Assembly: GCF_006345805.1 (NCBI RefSeq)
Contig: NC_042998.1
Coordinates: forward strand, 191,704,001-191,768,000
Source of the DNA: Octopus sinensis
Lineage: Eukaryota
Direction of reading: 5' to 3'
Length of the DNA stretch: 64,000 bases
The translations under genes and the position numbers were made by a program. Below, piece by piece: positions 48,765 to 62,929 of this stretch; position 1 is the stretch's first letter, and the number at the start of each line of letters is the position of its first letter. The notes under the pieces are model-generated. The model had not been told where the DNA came from. It saw nothing but the letters and a program-made list of their open reading frames with translations, and searched no databases.

Positions 48765-51700
48765 CCATTATCCGATACCAAAGTTTCTGACAAACCAAAT
48801 TGGTTGATTAATTGTGCTAATTTGTGAATTGCGGATGAAGTTGAAATATCGTTCATTATGAATATTTCAGGTCTCTTTGAGAAATATCAATTATTAGTAG
48901 AAATATTTTCCATTTGTAAGGCCAACAAAATCAATGTAAACTTTGGGCCATGTTTTTTTCTGCCACTAGATATGGCTGCTAATTAGACATTCTGGGCATC
49001 TTGGTTGCCTGCACTATGGTCGGTATGTGTGAGCTCTTGTAAGCAAACTTAAATTCTTGCAATAAGTTTCATGCGATTTATAACTTGGTAGCTAATATGT
49101 AATTTATGTAAAAGGAAATTTCGTAATTTTTGAGGAATCATGACTCTCTTACCAAATATTAGGCAACCTATCATTAATGATTAAAGACTATCGTGCAGTA
49201 AAAATACGTTTCAGGTATTGTGAATAGTGTTTTGCTGGCCAAACAAAGTGTAAGGTAGTATATTTTCTTGTTGCATTTTCAACCACGTATGCTGACACAG
49301 GGATAGCGTCTAGAGTGGTAAATAAAACATCTTTAACTTTATTTTTTTACGCAAATAGAAAAAAACGACAGCATCATATTCACTTGGATTTGCGATAATA
49401 CGTCACTTCCTCTAGATACAGCCGTTGTCTCTATTTAATTTGGAAGTTCCTATGCAAACTGAAATACACTTCTTCGAACCAAAAGTAGATCCAAGTCGCT
49501 TATAATCGGTAAGTAACAGATCTTCTATACACCAACTTGGGAACTATTTCAACTGCTATAACAAGTGCTGACACTTCTTTTTCTATATGACTGTAATTTC
49601 TTTCTGCTTCATTCAATGCACAAACAGCGTGTGGTATTTCCTTTTCAGTGTCATCTGGGAATACGTGTGATATGATAACTTGGTTACCATAATGAGAAGA
49701 ATCTGCAGATAGTATTATTCCTAATTTCAGGCCAAATGTGTTAGTAATAAATCAAATTGCAATTACTCATTTAACCCCTGAAAAGATTTCGTTCAAATCG
49801 GCATCAATTTCTACATTGAGCTGTTCTGAATAAGATACTTCAAAGGTTCACGCAAGCGATGCATGGAATGTAGAAATCACTGTAGTAGCTAAGAAGTTCA
49901 AGAAACTAGTTAATAATTGATAGAGACGACATTTTCTGAAGAGCTTCTACGTTTACTGGGTTTTGTTTACAACCGTCTTTGTATATAATAAAACCAAGAT
50001 ATTTTATTGATGGCATAAAAAGTTGCATTTTTCCGGTTCAACTTCAAAACCAAATGAACTAATTTCATGGAAAAGAGTATCCATTCGATAAAATGGCTTT
50101 CTTTCGTTGAACAAGTTTCTATATTATTTTCCAGATAAGCGGTAACGCCAAGAATTGTGACTATTACTTGTAGAAAAGTAGTTGGAGCTATTTTAAATCC
50201 AAATGGCAATCTTTGTTAAAGAAAATGCCTTTTTGAGTATTAATTCTCAAATATTGTTTTGCTTTCTCATCAACTTCAATTTATTGATAATCATCAGAAA
50301 AATCAATTTTTGCAAAGTAACGCCCACCATTAATCCAGCAGAGAATATCTTTAGAACTAGGTAGAGGTTATGCATGGTCTTCAAAACTTCATTTATTCCA
50401 GAAGAAAAATCTCTTGCAAAGGCGAATCGAATCGTTTACAATCCTCAAGAAGACAATTAGTGCTACACCAAGTTGAAGGGTTAACTGATGTTATGTTTGA
50501 TTGTGCAATGAGAATTTACCTTTTATAGACTTGAGATCGGAGTGCATATTGAACAGGTGTGAGGAGCTTAAGCACAGGCCTTAAATCAGGCTTTAGAAGA
50601 GTCGTATGGTACAACATGGAATGAATTATTGGTAGAGAGACTCGATGCATTTGAAGGTAAGCAACGAAACGTTCAATGTTTCAACAACGTAAGTCTAGTT
50701 CAGTAATACAGTCTAAACCATGTAAATCTAATTCATGACGATTTGGCAAATAACACGTTTCACTGAAAACATTTAATTTTAAATTACCTGAAAACTTAAT
50801 CTTACCAATAAGCTTCAAATTATCCTCAGAAGCATTTTTAGCAATATGTTGAGTCTCAAGTTTTTGTGGATAACCATTCAAGGAATTAATGAAATATCAG
50901 AGGCTGCAATCTAACTGTAGTTTAACACTGGAATATCACTTATTAATACGATTAGATACGGTTTTGTGAAAATCAACGTTTAAACTGACATAACCCATAC
51001 TAAACTGATTTCACTGCAATGTGCTGAAGACTTATAAATTCGCTTGTACGATGAGGCAATCAAAAACCTTCCTTATGAATAAGCTCGTTGTTTGTTGAGG
51101 TAAGCATTTTCGTAATGTTTCGCGTTTTTGCCTATAGAACAGTAATTTAGGGTTATTAGTTTCTACTTGATTTAGTGACTGGAAACTTGTTCTTTTGTCA
51201 CTGTTTCCAATAATTGTAGTGTCGTTCTTCAAGTTTATTAACATTTGTCACTCTTCACTGCTCTGCTGTATAATCATTTTCGGTCGTTGTTCCAACTGCG
51301 ATAAATGTTTATCGTAGGCATTTGCATTTGATGGTGATTAGAAACCCACCAAAATATTAAACACTTAAATTGTTTGTCAGTTAATAAATGTAAATTGAAA
51401 CGCTCGCTCTAACGTTTCCCTCTGCCAGTATAACTGACGAAGTTATCTTGTTTTGACGTCATTATCTTAAAACAATTATTGTTAATATGAGGCAAAAAAA
51501 AAGCAATCCAAAAATCTTCCTGAGAATTCCAATGGTTTCGTTAAAAGTGATGTCTCGAAATTTTCTTGCAAAAATATAGTTAATAGGCGCAGGAGTGGCT
51601 GTGTGGTAAGTAGCTTGCTAACCAACCACATGGATCCGGGTTCAGTCCCACTGCGTAGCATCTTGGGCAAGTGTCTTCTGCTATAGCCCCGGGCCGACCA

Positions 51701-52360
51701 ATGCCTTCTGAGTGGATTTGGTAGACGGAAACTGAAAGAAGCCCGTCGTATATATGTATATATATATATGTGTGTGTGTGTTCGTGTGTCTGTGTTTGTC
51801 CCCCTAGCATTGCTTGACAACCGATGCTGGTGTGTTTACGTCCCAGTCACTTAGCGGTTCGGCAAAAAGAGACCGATAGAATAAGTACCGGGCTTACAAA
51901 GAATAAGTCCCGGGGTCGATTTGCTCGACTAAAAGCGGTGCTCCAGCATGGCCGCAGTCACATGACTGAAACAAGTAAAAGAGTAAAGAGTAAAAGAGTT
52001 AATATATTTAGTTTGCTCGTTATTCTCAAGTTTTGTCAATAGCAATCTGACTTTAGCTGGATCATCGAGATTAGAACAGTCAACTCGAAAAAAAGGCTTG
52101 AAAACGTGAAAACCATAACTCGAAACTAATATCCGCAAGAGAGCGAAAATTAAATTCCGTAATGGAACTAGTCAGTGACTGTGCTTTACCCCTATTTGTG
52201 TTTATTGATAACTTTTGTGTTAGCAATTCAATTAAGTAAAGTTGTGCTGACTGAAATTGATTCTGCTGATGTTGAGGGAGTGATTCCATTATTTGTTGAT
52301 TCCATTATTTGTTCGATTGAGATAGCCATTTCACTAGGAATTTTTTCTTCGTCGCCATCG
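48765..52360 (-). mobile_element. Ty3/gypsy LTR retrotransposon internal remnant (gag-RT-RH-integrase), heavily degenerate
   Basis: PBS-like TGGCGACGA at 52349-52357; gag SLTSSITEFNF..VDCSNLDDPAKVRLLLTKL; RT LPFGFKIAPTTFLQVI..AYLEN; integrase VYIDFVG..GKYFLLIID..KRPEIFIM..FGLSETLVSDNG ending at the (TTA)n at ~48765. Confidence 0.8.
51586..51996 (+). mobile_element. SINE family B, full length, inserted in gypsy gag
   Basis: Complete head to (GAGTAAAA)n tail; 8-bp TSD agttaata at 51578-51585 and 51997-52004. Confidence 0.92.
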
Positions 52361-52639
52361 CTACCTTTTTAACCTTGCTTCGGTAAACGTCGACTGTGTT
52401 CTCAATCACCATTATACGCGAACTCTTCAAAATTCCATTTGAACGTTGATTACCTCAAACACCCAAACTGCTACATAATATACTAAATGATACTGGAATT
52501 GAGATCTGTGTTTTTGACCTGCACAAAAGTGTCATCATGCATTCTGCAAGAATCTTATAAAAGAATTTTAAGATTTGAAGAATCTTGATTGCTCCTAACG
52601 ACAGGATAACATCACTGTAATAAATGTAGCTTGAAATAG

Positions 52640-52905
52640 TTATTGAATAATGATGATGAGATCATGGAGATGATGAGTGCCAACTATTGTTGGGTCCTCG
52701 GGACAGTATCAGAAGGCATCAAGGGCAATATAAAGGAAATTTGTACTGTTACAAAAGGTTTACTTCCTTGGCACGGCCATAATAATCACGAAAGTATTAG
52801 ATTGCTGAAAAGAATGGATAGCATAGTACCGTCGGTTGCAAGTTTAAGACACCAGGAGCTCCAACAAAACCTGTGGTAAAGAGAAATAATAAAATAATCT
52901 CACGA
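52640..52905 (+). mobile_element. RLE LINE 3' fragment followed by (TGA)n/(TAA)n
   Basis: VLGTVSEGIKGNIKEI..LLQKVYFLGTAIIITKVLD* (RLE C-terminal motif). Confidence 0.6.
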
Positions 52906-52919
52906 CGTCTATGATGATG

Positions 52920-52965
<46 letters not shown>

Positions 52966-53142
52966 TAAACACAACTTTCTTATGGTTTCTTAAACATTCT
53001 CTAGAACAACACTATGTACTAAACCAAATATATGGCACCCTAGGCATAACACTAACATGAACTTCCAACTTGTTGTCCCTTGAGGTCTCTGGGTGAAACT
53101 TGGAGCCAACTTGTAAAAATGTAAAGCAAAAGTCAAACATAA
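52966..53142 (+). mobile_element. short insert flanked on both sides by (TAA)n, probable Dong-like LINE 3' UTR
   Basis: Non-repetitive ~175 bp inside (TAA)n; classification inferred from context only. Confidence 0.45.
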
Positions 53143-53288
53143 ATTAATAATAATAATAATAATAATAATGATGATGATGATGATGATGATGATGATAATA
53201 ATAAACGTTAATCTTGACCAACAGATATGTCATAAAGGACATATTATTTCAATAATAACAATAACACAACTACTACTACTGCTGCTGT

Positions 53289-53320
<32 letters not shown>

Positions 53321-53925
53321 AAATTATAATACCAATAACTGGGCCCCATATGCAAGATCGATCCTTCTTTATCTTGATATGAGGTCACATGCGTATGTGC
53401 TTGTCATCCTTGTGTCTAGTGTACTCTTATGAGATGGATGGTCATGGCAAGGCATATTGAGTTTCGTATATTTGTATCCCAGTGTCTTTAGACGGCATGC
53501 ACTGCTCTGACTTGATAATAACATATTGCATTATATCTTTTTATAAGAGGTACACTTAAAAGTAGAAATTCACATAAATTTTCATACGTGAAGATTATTT
53601 TTCGAGAGAAAAGTCTTTTGAAAATATGGTATTTCGAAAGATATTAATCATAATGCAAATTAAGATATTTTTGTCCTTAAATAGATCAAACGAAAAATAA
53701 ATTATATGATTCGTTTGAAAAATTACATCAAAGCCGCTTAATCTATTACTTGTATTGTATCATCAATAGGATGCATTGTATCATATAAATTATAAACTAT
53801 AAATACATTTTGATGCTGAATTTCATTTGAAGCAAATGTTAGGAAGGAGATCACCGTTTTCAATTATTTCAGTGTGTATTTACGCTTGCTTGTACATAAG
53901 CATATTCATGAATATACATACATAT

Positions 53926-54239
53926 ATCACCGTGATCACCGTAACCGACCAGGCTATCAGATGTTGCTACACATCGCTGATCACAATGCGCTTTGCATTG
54001 TTTTAGCCTTCAAGTGACGCCACCCCGCTGGCTAAGCGAGCAGGCCAACAGAAGAAAGAGTGAGAGAAAGTTGTGGCGAAAGAGTACAGCAGGGATCGTC
54101 ACCACCCATTGCCGGAGCCTCGTAGAGCTTTAGGTGTTTTCGCTCAATAAACACTCACAACGCCCGATCTGAGAATCGAAACCACCATCTTACAACCGCG
54201 AGTCCGCTGCCCTAACCACTGGGCCTTTGCGCCTCCACA
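53926..54239 (-). mobile_element. SINE with family C head and alternative tail ending (TCACGGTGA)n (C2)
   Basis: Head matches 3914-4289; tail matches 59170-59291. Confidence 0.85.
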
Positions 54240-54470
<231 letters not shown>

Positions 54471-55348
54471 TATTGAAAGTAGCCATCAAGACATATTCTT
54501 GGAGGTGTACGTGTTTAATAACAGGTTAACTCTTTGCTACTCATTCAAAATTTCGTAGGTCCGAAAGTTACTTGATGTTAAGTCTATATTAACCGTTCTC
54601 TCTCCCACGTCCTACAGTTTTCTTCAAACTCACCGGTTCCTACTCTTGCTTTGATTTTTCCTGTTCTCACACCACCTACACTTACCTCACCATCATCTCC
54701 TCCCAGTTCCTCAAAATTCCAGTGTATCTATTGTAAGACTAACTTCTTTTCAGTTCATTCATACAAGAAGATAACCTACCGACACATATCTAATCTGTCC
54801 TCTCTTACGTCGGTGTCGTGCATGGCATTTTCAGCCTTACAGGCACCTTCCTGCTTGTCCCTCCATATTGCTACATTAATACATTGTCCAGTATCTGTCT
54901 TTTGCTTTCACATCAACACCGTATCTAATGATAATTGCCTCCAGAGGCATCCATCCATACATACAAACATACATATATACGTACACACATACCTGCACGC
55001 ACGCACATATCCATTAACATTACACTTTAATGCTTTGAATTGACCAACATTCAGCAGAATATTTTTTACTAATATCTTACGAATAATGACTGAAGAAATG
55101 TACATAATGCAACCGGAAAATGATCCAGCAGTTAAAGATAAATAGGGGAGTTAACATTCTAGTGTTGCGGTCTTTCTTCGTTTATACTAACTTTACATAC
55201 TCACTCCCCACACATGCATACACAAATTAGTATACCCGTGTCGTAAAAATTGACAGCATTCCCAAAGATATTAGCTGTAAATGGTATTTAATATACGCAT
55301 CGATATAACATGCATCCCATATATATGATATGGAATTTTATACTTATA

Positions 55349-55721
55349 CTAGCACTATGACCCGGCGTTGCTGGGTCATAGTGCAAGTGCATGTATATAC
55401 AGCTGCGTGCGTGCGCACATACACGGGAGTACTGTCCAAATCGCCGACTAATAACATACAGCTAGCTGACATTCAATTGGCATATCAAGTTTCGGGCATT
55501 TTCATTGGGTTTTGGATCGAAAATTCACAAAAAGTGACTTCTATTGATTTTTCAATGGCTTTGTTGGATGACTGGGGAAATGTAAATATGTGCACGACCA
55601 CCCTTGGACGGTTTTAAATGACCCCAGAAAGTGCGAGCCCTCTAACTGAAAAATTGTGGATTTGTATAAAGGACACACACACACAGAGAGACAGACATTT
55701 TGCCATTTATATATAGAGAGA
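55349..55721 (-). mobile_element. non-autonomous Helitron (different family from 30822)
   Basis: Minus strand: A|TCTCTCTATATATAAATGG..GCACTATGACCC-AGCAACGCC-GGGTCATAGTG-CTAG|T. Confidence 0.85.
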
Positions 55722-56339
55722 TTATTAAATTTGTTATCGAAATTATGTTGACGCATATGATTTAAATAAAATAAAATATGAGTTAAAGTTTCATATAAAT
55801 TGTTTCAAGCTTTTATTAGAGTCAAAATACAATAAAAATTTCTTATTTATTTGTTGAAGATTTCACCAAATAATATTTTATGAAATCACTAGTGAAGGTG
55901 AGCCGTCAAAAACGAATACCATTCACACACAACATTCATACGTCAAGGAAGCGAAAAGAGTTTGCAGTGTTGTTGCACACTGATCCACTGGTGGATGCTA
56001 TCCCAAATAAAATCCTTCGAAAAATGATCGATATTAAAAAGAGGTCGATTCAAAGAATTCTCTCTCTTCTCTCTCACCTAACTCTCACTTTCCCATCCCT
56101 TCTCTCTCTCTCTCTCTCCCTATATATAAATACACACGTTCAAACACACACAATCACACACACACACACACGTACAACTTACCTGCTTCGGTCATTATAC
56201 TACGCCCATGCTAGGTCATTGTCTTGAAAAATGCTAGCTGATCATATAGACGGTAGTATTTGCCTTAGCGATCTCAGTTTGTTGCTAACTAGATTACATA
56301 TGCCAAAATATATCAAAGCAAACATAAGCAGACACATTC

Positions 56340-56394
56340 ACTCATCACACACACACACACACACACAGACACACACACACACACACACACACAT

Positions 56395-56436
<42 letters not shown>

Positions 56437-56543
56437 GCATAGAAACTCCAGAGTGCAAGGTTAGAGCGAATATGTATATGCATATACAGAGAGCGAGAGA
56501 GAGAGAGGGAGAGAGTGATAGATATATATATATATATATATAT

Positions 56544-56591
<48 letters not shown>

Positions 56592-56694
56592 ATGGATGGA
56601 TAGATAGGTAGATACAAAAATAGATGTATGAATATATATATATATATATATATACATACATACATACATACATACACACATATAGATAGATAGC

Positions 56695-56732
<38 letters not shown>

Positions 56733-56733
56733 T

Positions 56734-56765
<32 letters not shown>

Positions 56766-56790
56766 TTAGATAGATAGATACATAGGTACG
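56340..56790. repeat. (CA)n, (TA)n, (GA)n and (GATA)n microsatellites
   Basis: Direct inspection. Confidence 0.95.
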
Positions 56791-58884
56791 TATTTAAGCA
56801 TAGAGATAAATACATTGATACAAGATGTATAGCTACAACCAATCATTTAACGAGATTATATTTTTCAGTCCGTAAGCAATATTAGAAATGAGATACAACG
56901 TAATATACAATTTATCAAAACTTTGTATAATATAGTTATTACGTGAGTGTTCTGTCAAATTTTGTAAGGCTTTCATTCGTCTTGTTGCGAAAGACCTTCA
57001 GCAATCTTACGTCAAACACTCAATACGCCTACTTCATAATCCCGCACTATTCCACGTGCTTGCTTGTTCTGTCAGTGTGCATGTAACATTTGCAGCTACA
57101 GTGTTGTGAATTTGACTCAATTTCTTTCCCTTACAAGAAAAGACAGTTTACAGATATGAAAACGTTTTTACTAAGAATTTTCATGCTTCATATATAATTT
57201 TGTAACATCTACGTTTTTGAAAATTGCTTTGGTTGATTTCACAAACCACTGCAATTCTAACTGCATGGCTAGAGTAAACAAAATTACTAATGTCATATAC
57301 TTTGCTGTCATTCCAACGTTAAAACTCTCTCCTTCAGCTGTAAAACCTTTCTACAGTAAAAGAAATTAGGTTGTTGGATGACAGTCGTGAAACTTCTTAA
57401 AGAAAGGCATCATGTATCAAACTAAAATTCGAACTACTACGTGGTCACACACTCTAATAGAAACAGTATCGAAATCTTCATATCTGATACAAATTTTAAA
57501 GATCATGTTAGCTAATAATCTCTTGGATAAGCTCTGCTGAAAAAGCAGAATAAGTAAACGTTTATATCATTAGTATTGACTTGATATTTAGACAGTTTTG
57601 TGGCTTATAAACATCACGTACGTGAACAATGACTGAAGTGTCAATTCTTGGTACTGACAAATCAGAACTATTAAATAAGTATTATCAGAACAATCTTGCA
57701 GAGAAATTCTAAGTTTTTATTGAAAGTTAAGTTTTTATGGAAAGCTAAAACAAAATTTTACTGATTCGTTTACCGTACTTTCAGCATATCGCATACTACT
57801 AAGACCGGAGATTGCAATAGGATGTAATAATAAGTAAGTTTAATATCAATATCTAGATGTCAACAGAAAATTTTTGGTTAATAACATTAATTCACAAGTA
57901 AGAGCAATTTATTGCCAATAGAGTGGAATTCTAAAGAGTGAAATTTGAAATATATATTTGTATAAATATCCATAACGTCTGGCTTGTATTCAGATAAAAT
58001 GAAATAAAAAATATATGTGCATGAAATGCGGGGTAAATATCAGTTCATTTCAGTCTTCTGGATATGTTTTTCTGTATTTATGTATGTATGTATATATGTA
58101 TGTATATATGTATTTATGTATGTATGCATATATTTATATGGAATCAAAGTATTACATAAAGAATTTATTGGTATTACTGTTTATGACGGGTATTTAAAAA
58201 AGTCTAAAACTCTCAACGTAAATTCTTTTCCAAAATAAAGAAGCGTTTACAGAATGGCATCTGAATATTGCACTTCGTGTTCTTTCCATAATTAGCCTGA
58301 AATGCTTAGATGGCTTTTGAAGCGTATCCGAAAACTGTGTAAATGATAGGTAAAAATGCAGCTCCCTTCGGAAGAACATACATTAGATTTAGTCAAAGAT
58401 TCTATAGAAAAAACGCTTAATTTTTCGGAATTATAATGATACATACACAAACGATCAACTCCATTTAACAGATAAATTAACGGATGAGTGAAAATACTTC
58501 TCGTATATAGAAAGAAAGCTAGTTGTAGCAGGTGAATTCTCTGAGATACATCCAGCTCTGAAATACATGTCAATTCTTCTTGTGCTCTTGTTGCATACAA
58601 CAAGAAATTACATAATCTGCAGTAGTCATTTATTGCTATGTGGATATAAGCATTTAGAGAAATATCTAAGCCAAGGTTTCCATGCCACCTTGATAAAAGG
58701 ATACAGCTGCTTGCCTGTTATTCTATCAAAAGACTAACCCGTGCTTCCTCCAAAATGTATTTAGCAACAGCCATGAAATTCCCCGCACATTCTCTCTCTC
58801 TCTCTCTCTCTCTTTCCGTTGTATGTCGTATGATCATATATATATAAATGTGTGTGTGTGTGTGTGTGTTTGTATACACGCTTT

Positions 58885-59090
58885 TACCCTTTTACTATTT
58901 TACTTGTTTCAGTCATCTGACTGTGGCCATGCTGGAGCACCGCCTTTAGTCAAGCAAATCGACCCCAGGACTTATTTTTGTAAGCCTAGTACTTATTCTG
59001 TCGGTCTCTTTTGCCGAACCACTAAGTTACGGGGACGTAAACACACCACCATCTGTTGTCAAGCGATGTTGGGGGGACAAATACAAAACA
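58885..59090 (-). mobile_element. SINE family B 3' half
   Basis: ttttacttgtttcagtcatctgactgtggccatgctggagcaccgcc..gtcaagcgatgttggggggacaaa. Confidence 0.85.
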
Positions 59091-59169
59091 CACACACACA
59101 CCACACCACACACACACACACCACACACCACACACAAACACACACACATTATAATATATATATATATAT

Positions 59170-59291
59170 CGGCCTGCTCGCTTAGCCAGCGGGGTGGCGT
59201 CATTTGAAGGCTAAAACAATGCGAAGCGCATTGTGACCAGCGATATGTAGCAACATCTGATAGCCTGGTCGGTCACGGTGATCACGGTGAT
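59170..59291 (+). mobile_element. 5'-truncated C2 SINE tail
   Basis: Near-exact reverse complement of 53926-54045. Confidence 0.85.
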
Positions 59292-60403
59292 ATATATTAT
59301 ATATATATAATATATAATTATATTTAGGGTTCAGCCATGCTTCACACCACAAACCGAATTAAGAAAAGGAGTTAAAATTCCTTTTCTGCTACTATAAGAA
59401 TCTCCATGACGCTAAGATACATTTTTACGAAGGCAAAGAGAAAAAACAATGAATCAACACGACCAGGATTAACTATATACGCGTTTTGAGATTAAAGTGA
59501 TTTAAATTTTACTTACTTCTCTCTTCAGTATGGCATTTCCAATTTATAAAATTTGAAAGTGCTAGGCCTGTATATGCACACAATCGAGCGTCATCATGTA
59601 ACAGATATCCAACCAATATATATATATTATTGGCCGCACATTCTCAATGCATGTGTTTAGTTTATTCACTGGTTCACTGCGCTACAGCGCTCTGGAGACG
59701 ACTCTTTCATAGCACTGGGAGTTAAAACACATAAAAGTCATATACAGGCGTGACGACTTTCCTCCAGTTCCATCAAGAAGTAATAAACACCGACATTTCG
59801 CCACTTTTGTGGCTTGTCAACTCACGTAACATAATTTGAACCGGGGACGAAGTGTATCACTAATCTATGGATATATACACATAGTGGATGGGACAGGAGG
59901 TGAGTTGTCTCGCCTGTCGATGACTTTTAGTTGTTTTCATATTGATACCATTAAACAGCAACGGGGATAACTACCTTCCTTAGTCATGACAATCATGCTA
60001 ACTTATCAGGGGATAAGCACTTCTTTAAGTGCACAGAAAAGGAAAATTCCATATATTAGTAGCTGGATTGTCGATCTTCCAAACATAATACCTTTCTTCA
60101 ACCGAGAACATCTCAGCAACTTTCTCTTTCACGCTGGGGCGAAAGAGATTTTTACCATCATTCGTGAAAATCGCGCATGCTGAATAAAATGGTTGTATTG
60201 CTGTTTTTCTCCACAATTCTCTTCTAGCCGATGTAAAGTACTTGTTTCCCAATGGCTATTGTGAATCACTGTCCTGCGAATCAATATCCCTATTTAACGA
60301 ATCTAGTGAATTGACATTAAATTGGCTTTACAGGCCACCTCATGCATATTCTATTCTGCTTTCAGAAGTGCCACGAGGATGTTCGTATATATATATATAC
60401 ATA

Positions 60404-60825
60404 CAGGAGTGGCTGTGAGGTAAGTAGCTTGCTAACCAACCACATGGTTCCGGGTTCAGTCCCACTGCGTGGCATCTTGGGCAAGTGTCTTCTGCTATAG
60501 CCCCGGGCCGACCAATGCCTTGTGAGTGGATTTGGTAGACGGAAACTGAAAGAAGCCTGTCGTATATATGTATATATATATATATAAGTGTGTGTGTGTA
60601 TATGTTTGTGTGTCTGTGTTTGTCCCCCTAGCATTGCTTGACAACCGATGCTGGTGTGTTTACGTCCCCGTCACTTAGCGTTTCGGCAAAAGAGAGCGAT
60701 AGAATAAGTACTGGGCTTACAAAGAATAAGTCCCGGGGTCGATTTGCTCGACTAGAAAGGCGGTTCTCCAGCATGGCCGCAGTCAAATGACTGAAACAAG
60801 TAAAAGAGTAAAAGAGTAAAAAGAG
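60404..60825 (+). mobile_element. SINE family B
   Basis: Near identical to 38222-38648 and 51586-51996. Confidence 0.92.
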
Positions 60826-60829
60826 ATAT

Positions 60830-61221
60830 TCTTTCATTCTTTTACTTAATTCAGCCATTTAACCGCGGTCATGCTGGAGCACCACCTTCAAGTGCTTTAG
60901 TCGAACAAATCGAACCGCTAAACTGCTAAGTTACGGGAACGTAAACGCACCTACACTGGTTATCAAGCAGTGATAAGGGGACAAACACAGACCCAAAGAC
61001 ACACAAACACAAACACACACACACATACACTCATACACACATATACATATATACATATATACACAAGCTTTTCAGTTTCCGTCTGCCAAATCCATCCACA
61101 AGGTTTTGGTCGGCCGAGGTTATAGTAGAAGACACAGTCCTAAGATTCCACATAGTGGGACCGATCCCGGAACTGTGTGTTTGAGAAGCAAACATCTTAT
61201 CACAGAGCCACACCTGCGCCT
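60830..61221 (-). mobile_element. older SINE family B copy, tail-to-tail with 60404-60825
   Basis: Diverged tail (catgctggagcaccacc) and head (cacagagccacacctgcgcc) in the opposite orientation. Confidence 0.8.
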
Positions 61222-62842
61222 AAGAAGCGGGGACAGTTACTGTAAAGTCAATGTCATCCTTCTTATAACTCAGTTTCCAAAGAAGAAGAGCAAGTGTTGA
61301 GATTATAAGAGTAGAGACACACTCCTCCGAAAAGTTTCTCGCTTTTGCTTTCTGATGAAGGGTTTCCAATACCGAAATATTAGGAGAGTTAAATAAAGTC
61401 ACTGGTAACACATTAATATCTTCCTTGCCTTCGATATTTCAAAATATATTTTCCATTCCCCGTTGCCCATTGTTGTAGCCTTCGAATAACACCCTGTTCT
61501 TATATATTACACACAAAGCTTGAAACACGTTTCATACTAAAAAGTATTGAGCATTTCATCATTTCATATTAAATTGCTTTTTTATATATGATTTGACGTA
61601 TATATACACACTCACACAGACACAGACACACACAGACAAACGCAAATATATATGGAAAAGTATAAAAATTATGTAGAAATATTATTTCGTGTCTTATAAG
61701 CATTAATTTTAAACGAGTAAAATATGTACTAAAATTTGAATAATTAAAACGTACTAAATTTTAAAAATGTGTATTAATATGAACTGAGACGTAAGGCATA
61801 TATAACTAATTGAATAGTTAATGTTCTTTCAAGTTAATAACACATGCAGTGTAAAAAAAAAACATTAGCTAACGAAGTAGTTATGATGTAAAGTGAAGTA
61901 TAAAAGCTATTTCATATTTTTATTGATTGATCATCATCATAATCGGCGTATATTTAGTGCAAAAATAATACTCCGACACTAGATTAAAAGCCATTCCTAA
62001 GTTCAATCAACATCAAGGCAAAAATCAATGAATGATAAACAGAGGTTGAATAGAATGAAGATGACGTTCAGAATAAAGAACTGGTGGGAACTTGCTCCTT
62101 GTTTCCACTAGATAAACGTATGCTAATTTTAATTAATCTACTTAAAAGTGTTCGGGCTACTGGTCCAGTTGTTATCAACGCCGGTAAAATTAACGTTCTT
62201 AATGTCGAACCGGAGATTGAGACATTACTACGTAACTAAATACAAGCACAATAGAGGAGACAGCAGAGCCGACCTACTGATGTCCTTTTCTTTAACCATC
62301 TTTTTTTTAAATCCTGGATAATTGATCTATGTGTCATTGATTTATAAATGAAATGTACCCAGTGTATATCTGAGAAAAACCATAGTTAAAATATCGAATA
62401 TCGAGAGAACCATAGTTGAAACATCGATTCAGTACACAATTATATTGAATATATATATTTGGGGTCGAGGGACAGTGTGAAGCCCTAGGTTCAGGCCGTC
62501 TTTTTCACAGGTCTGCATGCTACATTTACCAGACTGGAATCCTCGGGGCAGGTTATAAGTGTATGTGTCAGATATATTATCTGTGGGGTTGTAAGAATGT
62601 CCATGTGTGAATATATTTCCTTTTATCTCATTTTCGTCATTAGAGTGTGACCATGCTGTGACATCTCTTCCTGAAATTTTAGTCGAATGAATCGACCCCA
62701 GGCTTTCCTATCTTTCATTTATTTAAGCCCGTTACTTATTCAATCGGATCTCTTTTCCAGCATCGTTAAGTCGAAGAGGAGACATATCAATACCGGTGCT
62801 GGGTGCTGAGGGACAAACAGACTTATATACATATATATATAT

Positions 62843-62905
<63 letters not shown>

Positions 62906-62929
62906 ACTGGACCGTTACTTAAACATAGT

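Noticed and set aside
54560-54950. Possible RTE LINE remnant
   Set aside because: No motif I could align with confidence.
56940-57800. Possible very old mariner remnant
   Set aside because: Only vague motif echoes; no defensible WVPH, D..D or YSPDL match.
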